Numbered from the stretch's first letter, positions 1-9,658 are shown. The stretch: DNA of 64,000 nt from Eledone cirrhosa (GCA_964016885.1 OZ024740.1:439828001-439892000); one strand, 5' to 3'. Program-made: numbers and translations. Notes: generated by a model not told the origin, from the sequence alone.

Positions 1-150
1 GCCATGCTTTCTAGCATAGTTACGTCCCTTTACGGTCTGAGTTCAAATCCCGTCGAGGTTAACTTTGCTTTTCATCATTATGGGGTCGATAAAATAAAGT
101 ACCAGTAATGTACTGGGTAATTGCTGGCCTTGTGCCAAAAGTAGAAACAA
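1..150 (+). mobile_element. tRNA-derived SINE with Meta-like core (5' end partial)
   Basis: B-box-like GAGTTCAAATCC at ~39-50, followed by GAGGTTAACTTTGCTTTTCATC..GGGGTCGATAAAATAAAGTACCAG, which resembles the MetaSINE central domain. Near-identical copies at ~295-525 and 7226-7441. Confidence 0.75.
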
Positions 151-294
151 ATATTACTTCTTCATAGAAAAGCTATACAAACATCCAACGACATAACTAT
201 TTACTTGTTAATACAATGGCAGTTATCTTTATTATATTTTCACAATCAACACAACAATATACATCAATATAACTCTTCATCACAGTCTATTTTA

Positions 295-526
295 ATATAG
301 CTGTATATACCAATGGTGTCTTGCGAGAGAAACCATCCAATTATATATTAGTATGTATAGTTACGTCCCTTTACATTCTGAGTTCAGATCCCGTCGAGGT
401 TAACTTTGCCCTTCATCCTTACGGGATCGATAAAATAGACTACCAGTAACGTACTGGGGTCATTTAATCGGTTTTACTCCCACCCAACAAAAAAATTGTT
501 GGCCTTGTGTCTAAATCATAAACCAA
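295..526 (+). mobile_element. tRNA-derived SINE, same family as 1-150
   Basis: Shares tagttacgtccctttac..ctgagttca.atcccgtcgaggttaactttgc..tcatc..gatcgataaaata..gtactggg and the 3' ggccttgtg..aaac with the 1-150 copy. Confidence 0.75.
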
Positions 527-544
527 CTAGAGGTTTGTTTTTAC

Positions 545-831
545 TTAAATCCCATAAGTCCTTATGGAGTCGTAGAGGTACCGTCATACAGAGTGTCTAG
601 GGCACTTTTAAACCTGGCGGAGCCCAACCCTCTCCAGGTCTGAACACAGCCGATGTTTCTATAGAAAAAGAATCGACCCCACTACTGCACTGGTACCTTT
701 TCTATCAACCTCGAAAGGATGAAAGGCAAAGTTGACCTCGGCGGGATTTGAACTGAGAGCGGGCAATGAGGTGGGACGAATACCGTAAAGCATTCTATCT
801 GACGTCTTAACGACACTGCCAATTCGCCGCC
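545..831 (-). mobile_element. tRNA-derived SINE with Meta-like core
   Basis: The minus strand reads ggcggcgaattggcagtgtcgttaag (A-box-like) ... cagttcaaatcccgccgaggtcaactttgcctttcatcctttcgaggttgatagaaaaaggtaccag. The 3' boundary is approximate. Confidence 0.7.
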
Positions 832-859
832 TAACTAGAAGTTTAAAATCTTGTAATTA

Positions 860-1069
860 ACGGTAACAGACGGCTAGAGATCCCTAATTTTAATAGTTAA
901 CTCACTCGCCAGACATCCGAGAGATGAGGGGTTCAATTTCTCACAGGCCTCTGCGACAGCAGTTGTCCGTTTACAGAGGTATTTTACTCAATATATAAGA
1001 ATCATTTATACTCATTTACTTTGGGATGACCACATTTGAAATGTTGAATTTTCCCAATGTTTAAGTTGC
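860..1069 (+). mobile_element. Possible degraded tRNA-related short repeat ending at (TA)n
   Basis: tagttaactcactcgccagacatccgagagatgaggggttcaatttc has a tRNA-like layout (D-arm end, anticodon arm, GGTTCAA) but is heavily diverged. Confidence 0.3.
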
Positions 1070-1258
1070 ATATATATATATATATATATATATATAGTAT
1101 TAGTTATACTATTTATGGTTATGTAAACACAAAACCTTAAGCAGTTGTAAGTATTTTACACACACCCTAAATAGTGGTAGGCAGTAATGTATTACTACCT
1201 TATTACCAGTAAGTTAAGTAGCTCAATGTAAAAACATCAGATGATTTACAGAGCAGTT

Positions 1259-1682
1259 ATATGAAATATAAGAATCAAAGAACTGTTCAAAACATTATTG
1301 TGCTTACAGCTGTTTCCTCCAAACCGAGGTTTGGATTCTTCGGAGCAATTTATTAATGCATGGACAGTTATATGACCTCCTTTTCAGCCGAGAGACATAC
1401 CAATACATATTCAAACATTGATACATATTCAAACATTGTGGGTCAACATTCATTACAGAATTTAGAGTGGCAGTACACACTTCGAGATTACAATTATATT
1501 AATAGGTACAATCAAAAATCAAAGATATAGGTTAAAGTACAACATGAAGATAAGTGGTTATATAGTGCAAATGTTATATGTGTGGCACGCATGTGCGTCT
1601 TGTTTATATAGTGTGGCAGAGAGATATGTGTGGTAGAGGCACTTAGGTAGGTAAATAAGAGTGTTAGGTTGGTAGATCTGGT
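1259..1682. repeat. Inverted repeat arm A of the PLE (partner 4250-4673)
   Basis: Base-for-base reverse complement by eye (coordinates sum to 5932), apart from the junction. Confidence 0.92.
1301..1347 (-). ncRNA. Minimal type I hammerhead-like motif (variant core) in the PLE 3' region
   Basis: TGCT-CCGAAGA-A-TCCAAAC(CTCG)GTTTGGA-G-GAAA-C-AGCT-GTA-AGCA on the element's sense strand. Confidence 0.7.
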
Positions 1683-2790
1683 GGCAAAGTCTTTATATGA
1701 TTGATATAGTCTGTGTGTGGAGAAATATTATAAGCATTAAAGATAGTGCAAGCATTAAAAGTGTTATAAGTATTGGAGATGCACAGCGCAGGGATGTCAA
1801 GTAATTCATGTACTTCGGCATTTTCATGGTCAAGGGAGTGTATATTTCGATTATATGCCTTTCACATAATCCACGACAATCCAGTTAGAGATCGTAGTCT
1901 GGTGTTCTTTAGTTCGATACAGGAGGTTGTTACGTTTCGAGAAACGCCATTGAATACCGGAAGTGTGTGTGTGGCTAAGGGGAGTTAATGCATGCGGGGA
2001 GGTAACTCTGGGGTTTCTATATCTAGCCATTAAAATGTGTCCCAATATAGACCCTAAATTCTATGGTGAGGTGCACCTTCCAAGAGAGACTTTTAAAGCA
2101 TAAAGTGTACTAACTATAGAGTAGTTTAACTAAATTATGCTGAAGGTGATCATATTATTATTAAGGTGGATTAACCCATCTTAAGGTGCTACAAATGGAA
2201 ATTATAGATGATGAGCGAGGATTCTAAATTAATGATCTCTGTGGTTGTAGTCTGCTCATATGACCAGGCGCGGTGATTGCAGGATTGCTTCAGGACCCAA
2301 TGATCTCTGGTAAGATCTGGGTCATCGCTTGCTACATTGGATGTCGAAAGATAATCGTCCCCAGGCAGGCCAAAGGTCAATCCGCAGTCCTCGCGACCCC
2401 TCTCTGACCGTCAGATCATCCATATACGTACAACCCGCACGGCAGTTGCATTGCATTCACTCACTGCGCTCAGCAGCCCGGTCCTACTGGTCAACAGCGC
2501 TACTCGATTAAATCATTTTACATCTGTCTAAGGAAGGTGTTTCCTCTGCCCAACACCATCCAACCGATCAATTCATGCTCAAATTACCCTTAGAGCGGTG
2601 TAGTGCCGTCCAAGTGGGTGGATGTTGTCACACCTGCCGTAGAGGTATAAATGGGTATTTTCCCTGCGAAGGGTTCCAGAGGGATGTCGTTGTTTGTGTT
2701 ATAATGGATCAGCTAGTGTTGGGTATGTAGTATAGGGTGTGTCTCTGGTGTTTGATGCTAGATGTGGTGTTAGGTTCCAGTCCGACATTG

Positions 2791-4263
2791 CTATATATAG
2801 GGCTTAAAGTTTTGGAAGGAATGTCTGAGGCGGTGCTGGCAAGTTGCAAACACCTCAGATTTTTTGTTAAGTAGGTTACGGTTGGAGAAGATAATATTGT
2901 GTGTCTCTAGTATACAGAGGTTACAGAATTTATTAGGTGGTTTGTACGAGGTCGCGCTGCCTATCACTTCCCATTTGAGTGTGTATGGTTTATTTTTAAA
3001 TTTTAGATAGTGTATGTAGCTAGAAAATGAGGTGGAGTTGGCTAGGCTGTGCTTTTTGAACGAGTGGATGTGCGAGTTATATCTGATTTTGAAGCAGTTA
3101 GAAGTGGAGCCTACATAGGTTTCTGAAGAGTTATTAGTCGTGACTGTGCATGAGTATATGACATCCTTGGTTAGGCATTTTTTATCTAAAGGGCAGGTTC
3201 TATTAGCTCTACAGTTACAATTATTCTGTGCGTTAGTCCGCTGGTTATAATGCAATGCGGAAGTCTGTGTGGTGGATATAGGATTTTGGGTGTTCGGGTT
3301 GGCAACCCTGGTGTTATTACTTATACTAGTGTTATTTCTATTGTTACTGCCGTTGCTATTGTTGCTTGCTACAGTGGTATTTAGAGGGTTTGCATCCCGT
3401 TGTGATTTTGTTTGTTGGAAGTAAGAACTAATTTTACTATTATTGCTGCTAGCTATGTGGTATGCTAAGTTAGGCGTCGTAGAGTATGAGATTTTAATGG
3501 TGTTTTTGTTTAAGAGGTTGTGGTACTTGTGTCCTAGAGGGAAGTTTTTATCTAGTAGTGAGAAGAAAGCCCTAGGTATGTTGGTGGAGACATTTAGGTT
3601 GAAAGGAGGGTTGAAAAATGTATTATTTCTTCTTCTATTTTTGCTTTTAGTGTTTGGTGTGTTGCTTCCTCCTAAGGTCTCGCAATAGTTTCCATGGTAA
3701 TGGTTACTTCCTGTGGCACCCTCCGCTTTGGTGTACTTGTGGTTGCTATTCCTATTATTAGATTTCCTCATGGACATGTTGTGCGAGATTATGTTGTAGC
3801 TATGTGTTTTCTTAGGTAGGAACTCAATTTCTATATTATGGCCGGAGCTAGCTAATGCTTGATTGTAATATTGTGAGTTTTTGCTAAATATGTTTGCGTC
3901 ATAGGACAGACTAGAGATTCTATTGGACACCCCCTTAGAGATAGAGTTTAATATTGATCTAGGGTGATTAGACTTGGTATCTACGTAAATAAGTTTCTCA
4001 TTAGGCTTATGGAAAGGTGTATATATTTTTGAGTCTAGGTATAGTGTGGCGTCTAGGAAGTTAACATTGTTAGTGTTTATGTCCATGGTGATACTAAGGT
4101 TAAAGTTTTTGAATGTCTTATGCAGTTGTTTTCTAGTTCTTTCTATATTAAATTTTTTATATTCTATGAGTAGAAGTGCATCATCGCGGTACAAACCACC
4201 GTTGAGGTAAGGGAGGTCTTTATGGATTTCATTGAGGAGGTATAGGCCGACCAAATCTACCAA
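2791..4263 (-). CDS. PLE polyprotein, 5'-truncated: RT catalytic motif and thumb, CxCx5C linker, GIY-YIG endonuclease
   Basis: DLVGLYLL..GGLYRDDALL (YRDD at 4180-4191), VNFLDATL, KPNEKLIYVDTKSNHP, FFNPPF, CNCRANRTCPL, VIY..ETYVGST..FKIRYNSH, CNLCILE, LLNKKSE..CQHR. The frame is open for 490 codons. The TTG 'start' sits at the inversion junction and is not a real initiation codon. Confidence 0.9.
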   Translation of the reverse strand: MVDLVGLYLLNEIHKDLPYLNGGLYRDDALLLIEYKKFNIERTRKQLHKTFKNFNLSITMDINTNNVNFLDATLYLDSKIYTPFHKPNEKLIYVDTKSNHPRSILNSISKGVSNRISSLSYDANIFSKNSQYYNQALASSGHNIEIEFLPKKTHSYNIISHNMSMRKSNNRNSNHKYTKAEGATGSNHYHGNYCETLGGSNTPNTKSKNRRRNNTFFNPPFNLNVSTNIPRAFFSLLDKNFPLGHKYHNLLNKNTIKISYSTTPNLAYHIASSNNSKISSYFQQTKSQRDANPLNTTVASNNSNGSNNRNNTSISNNTRVANPNTQNPISTTQTSALHYNQRTNAQNNCNCRANRTCPLDKKCLTKDVIYSCTVTTNNSSETYVGSTSNCFKIRYNSHIHSFKKHSLANSTSFSSYIHYLKFKNKPYTLKWEVIGSATSYKPPNKFCNLCILETHNIIFSNRNLLNKKSEVFATCQHRLRHSFQNFKPYI

Positions 4264-4673
4264 CCTAACACTCTTATTTACCTACCTAAGTGCCTCTACC
4301 ACACATATCTCTCTGCCACACTATATAAACAAGACGCACATGCGTGCCACACATATAACATTTGCACTATATAACCACTTATCTTCATGTTGTACTTTAA
4401 CCTATATCTTTGATTTTTGATTGTACCTATTAATATAATTGTAATCTCGAAGTGTGTACTGCCACTCTAAATTCTGTAATGAATGTTGACCCACAATGTT
4501 TGAATATGTATCAATGTTTGAATATGTATTGGTATGTCTCTCGGCTGAAAAGGAGGTCATATAACTGTCCATGCATTAATAAATTGCTCCGAAGAATCCA
4601 AACCTCGGTTTGGAGGAAACAGCTGTAAGCACAATAATGTTTTGAACAGTTCTTTGATTCTTATATTTCATAT
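4250..4673. repeat. Inverted repeat arm B of the PLE (inverted pseudo-LTR piece)
   Basis: Reverse complement of 1259-1682, abutting the truncated ORF. Confidence 0.92.
4585..4631 (+). ncRNA. Minimal type I hammerhead-like motif (inverted copy)
   Basis: Stem I tgct/agca, core CCGAAGA 4589-4595, stem II tccaaac/gtttgga, GAAA 4616-4619, palindromic ACAGCTGT stem III, GTA triplet 4625-4627. Confidence 0.7.
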
Positions 4674-4678
4674 TTCAT

Positions 4679-4740
<62 letters not shown>

Positions 4741-4922
4741 AATGGAAGTTTAGTAAAATCGAAGTTTTGGCTGTGGCCAGGCTAACGATATACAATTAGG
4801 ATCGTGCAGCAAAGCACATGATAAGGCTGTGTCACCTTAGAGTAATTAAGACACGTCACAAATTGAAAACTGCGGCAGGCGAGCCTAGCCACATAATACG
4901 AGAGCAACGAAAATACATACAG

Positions 4923-4997
<75 letters not shown>

Positions 4998-5049
4998 CAT
5001 ACATACATACATACATTCATATATATATATAATATATATATATATATAT

Positions 5050-5246
5050 GAACAAATTCAGGGCCCCGACGGCTGAGCTCCGGCCATTTCGACAGCTACA
5101 TCCGAGTTCGGATCTAGCTGTCGAAACGGTCGGAAGTCAGCTGTCGGGGTCCTGACTCATTTCCTATTACCCACTCTACTTCCCTAAGTATTGAGTACTC
5201 TGGTGCGTTATGGTGCACCTGTTTCCTTACCACACTTGGTTTGTTA
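5050..5246 (+). mobile_element. Short TA-flanked element (family A), 3' fragment with 5' fold-back inversion
   Basis: 5058-5155 is an imperfect hairpin. The 3' part cagctgtcgggg..acccactctact..aagtattgagtactctggtgcgttatgg..ttgttata is shared with 7676-7815 and 26988-27122. Confidence 0.7.
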
Positions 5247-6607
<1,361 letters not shown>

Positions 6608-7225
6608 GTTAGCGAAGAATATGAAAATACACAAGAGAAAAGTGTCGGTATGTTCACTGAAATGAATGTGGTCTGTTTTCTACTTGTGTACCTTTCTATA
6701 CAGGGTCGTTACTCTTTCTTCCTTTCTTTTCACATAACATTCTATTATAAGGTATAACAACTTCTAGAAATTCATGGTAGGATGGGAGACATAAATTTAT
6801 AAAATTCAGCAATTTCATTAAAAAATAAAATACAAAACCCACAAAAGCTCTAATAGGATTTAATAAGAAATCTCCTCCACTACTGAGATCCGACAAACCG
6901 CTGTGCTCTTTTTTTCCCTTATACAGATTTCCAACGGGTCCTTCTTCTCAGGTGATTTACTGCTTGAAATATTTATGTGTGTTCTCGTGTGTGTATCTGT
7001 GTCTCAGTGTCTCAGTATGTTTGTGTTTCTGTGTGGACATTAGAATGTACATTTTTGTGTGTGTTCGTTTGTATAAATGTATGCAAAGCTTGCATTATTA
7101 GTTACAATATCCACGTAACTCTGTGAATACACCTTATTATACGGACAACATTCAAAAACATGTAACCTTACAATTTACCTAAAAATGTCAATTGATATCT
7201 ATTTATAACTGTATATGAAGATACA

Positions 7226-7441
7226 TGGATTGGCATAATCGGTAGATCGTTGGACACCCTGCTTTACGGCAGAGAGTTACGGCCCTTTACGTTCCGAGTT
7301 CAAATCCCGCTAAAGTTAGTTTTCCCTTTCATCCTTACGGGGTCGATGAAATAAAGCACCAGTAATACACTGGGATTAATTTGGTCGACTCAACCCCTCC
7401 CCCCAAAAAAATTTGCTGGCCTCTTGCCTAAAGTGGAAACT
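7226..7441 (+). mobile_element. tRNA-derived SINE with Meta-like core, near full length
   Basis: A-box-like TGGCATAATCGG, B-box GAGTTCAAATCC, ctttcatccttacggggtcgatgaaataaagcaccag, and a 3' end matching the 1-150 and 295-526 copies. Confidence 0.8.
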
Positions 7442-7675
7442 ATATATGTGTGTATGTGTGTATGTGTGTGTGGGGGGGTATGTGTATGTGTGTGTGTGTG
7501 TATGTGTGTGTGTGTGTGTGTGTGAATGTTTGTGTACACTTGGATAGAGATATATGGAATTGAATCCATATGTGTGTGTGTGTATTCAATGTGTGTGCAT
7601 GTGGGTGTGAGTGTTTGTGTGTGCGTCTATTATGAATATGTATATATTGTGTGTCACACTGAATATATATATATA

Positions 7676-7813
7676 TGAAAAGAATGAGGAGCCCGACGGC
7701 GGCGTTCAGCTGTCGGGCTCCTGATTCTTTTCAAATTATCCACTCAACTACCCCAAGTATCGAGTACTCTGGTGCGTTATGGCCCATCTCGTATCTTATT
7801 ACACCCTCTTTGT

Positions 7814-7815
<2 letters not shown>
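7676..7815 (+). mobile_element. Short TA-flanked element (family A) with small 5' inversion
   Basis: tgaaaagaatgaggagcccgacggc pairs with gctgtcgggctcctgattcttttca. The 3' part is homologous to 5138-5246. (TA)n on both sides. Confidence 0.7.
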
Positions 7816-7857
<42 letters not shown>

Positions 7858-8010
7858 CAAATAACGAAACGAAATTAAATTTCGTTTCGCTTCTAACTCA
7901 CTTTTGTATGACTGACGCTTAAACAATTAAGTTAAAGTGTACATCTACATATGTATACGGAAGTATTAGTATGCATATTACAATTCTCCAGAGAAGCCGG
8001 AAGATGGGTA

Positions 8011-8055
8011 AATATTGCTGATGAGATGTAATAACATCGAAACTAGTCCAATATT
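8011..8055 (+). ncRNA. Type I hammerhead ribozyme, canonical core
   Basis: AATATTG-CTGATGA-GATGT(AATA)ACATC-GAAA-C-TA-GTC^-CAATATT; predicted cleavage after 8048. Confidence 0.9.
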
Positions 8056-8479
8056 CCTGTCTGGCCCTCTGGAGAATAGAGGAAATGTGTTTCCTTGAAA
8101 ACTCGTATGACTCTAAAACCCGGTCCGCCTGTGTGGTTACATACAGACTAGCTGACACTCACTGTAAAGTGTCTAGTGAAAAGCTGAGTACATGTACATA
8201 TGTATACATGTGTGTATTTATATGCATACTAATACTTCCGTATACATATGTAGATGTACACTTAAACTTAATTGTTTTAGCGTCAGTCATACAAAAGTGA
8301 GTTAGAAGCGAAACGAAATTTAATTTCGTTTCGTTATTTGTTTTTATCGTTTCCGCTGAACCGGTGCGTACAATGACTCACGTTCTATGCAAATTAGTCT
8401 ACCCACTACTAATTTTCATAGAAAAAGCATATAACGATATGTGCTTTTACAATTCTCCAGAGAAGCCGAAAGATGGGTA

Positions 8480-8524
8480 AATATTGCTGATGAGATGTAA
8501 TAACATCGAAACTAGTCCAATATT
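8480..8524 (+). ncRNA. Type I hammerhead ribozyme, canonical core (second copy)
   Basis: Identical motif; predicted cleavage after 8517. Confidence 0.9.
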
Positions 8525-8769
8525 CCTGTCTGGCCCTCTGGAGAATAGAGGAAATGTGTTTCCTTGAAAACTCGTATGACTCTAAAACACGGTCCGTCTG
8601 TGTGGTTACATACAGACTAGCTGACACTCACTGTAAAGTGTCTAGTGAAAAGCTGAGTACATGTACATATGTATACATGTGTGTATGTATATGCATACTA
8701 ATACTTCCGTATACATATGTAGATGTACACTTTAACTTAATTGTTATATATATATATATATATATATAT

Positions 8770-9651
8770 AAAGATGAAATCGAAAATGCAACTGGAGTCT
8801 TATTTAAAAAAATATATATATATTTATTTGGTTCCTTTACCGGTTTCGCAGACTTCTGCTTTTAAAAAGTAGAGTTGAGATGGAGGGTCTGTGGTTTTTC
8901 TCACATCTGGTTGGTCTCTGAATGTTACTTGTTTTATATGGAAAAAAGTGGCTCGAATGCCAGGTTTTTAGAGAAGTAATTTGATTGGTTGGTCAACAAT
9001 TATAATAAATTTCGCGCCAGTTCGCGTTACAAAGTTCTCCCATATTCACTGAACCATAACAATTCTCCCATCCAATTTCTCTTGACCATTATTTTTTGCT
9101 TGTCATAAAATTCTCTAAAAAGGCTACAGAATAGATTTCCAAATAAGAGCGCGAAAATTTAATGAAAACTTGTTTACGTGACAGCCATAATTTCATTTAT
9201 AACCAATCAAATTACGTTTATTTAAAAAAAGCCTTCGTGAGACCCTTTTTTTTAAGTAAAAAGAAATTCAAACACTCATATATGAAAAATCAACCTGCCC
9301 CCACCCCCCTTGTTTGAAGAACTTTGTAACGCTAACTGGCGCGAAATTTATTATGATTATTGACCAACCAATCAAATTACTTCTCTAAAAACCTGGCATT
9401 TCGAGCCACTTTTTTCCATATAAAACAAGTAACATTCAGAGACCAACCAGATGTGAGAAAAACCACAGACCCTCCATCTCAACTCTACTTTTTAAAAGCA
9501 GAAGTCTGCGAAACCGGTAAAGGAACCAAATAAATATTTATATTTTTTTAAAAATAAGACTCCAGTTGCATTTTCGATTTCATCTTTTTTTCTTTATACT
9601 TTCACTCGTGTAGGACACCTCGGTTATTTTTCATTTTGTAAAAAACCTCAC

Positions 9652-9658
<7 letters not shown>
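8770..9658 (+). mobile_element. PLE-type 3' fragment with inverted 5' segment and degenerate HHR, in (TA)n
   Basis: 8770-9038 is a near-perfect reverse complement of 9318-9587. HHR scaffold at 9486-9524. (TA)n on both sides. Confidence 0.7.

Larger units (their letters stand above)
1097..4686 (-). mobile_element. Penelope-like retroelement (C-terminal EN+, probably Hydra clade), 5'-truncated with inverted 5' segment, inserted in (TA)n
   Basis: RT/GIY-YIG ORF at 2791-4263, long 3' region, 4250-4673 is the reverse complement of 1259-1682, an HHR-like motif lies in the repeated part, and (TA)n tracts flank both sides (1070-1097 and 4687-4738). Confidence 0.9.
7851..8745 (+). mobile_element. Non-autonomous hammerhead retroelement (retrozyme-like): 469-bp unit in partial tandem plus inverted 5' piece
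   Basis: Direct repeats 7978-8276 and 8447-8745 (offset 469, about 5 substitutions by eye), each with a canonical HHR. 7851-7978 is the reverse complement of 8220-8347. (TA)n on both sides and no credible ORF. Confidence 0.85.

Noticed and set aside
3443-3688. Hydrophobic 81-aa + strand ORF
   Set aside because: Antisense shadow of the A-rich PLE ORF.
2791-4263. Naiad/Chlamys-type or selenoprotein-encoding PLE
   Set aside because: The endonuclease is C-terminal, and there are no in-frame TGA codons in the visible ORF.
7226-7310. tRNA gene
   Set aside because: A and B boxes are present but there is no cloverleaf. The sequence continues into a multi-copy SINE core.
7919-8865. Duplicated 71-103 aa ORFs on both strands
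   Set aside because: They are by-products of the 469-bp repeat, differ at their ends, have no recognisable domain, and the region is better explained as structured RNA.
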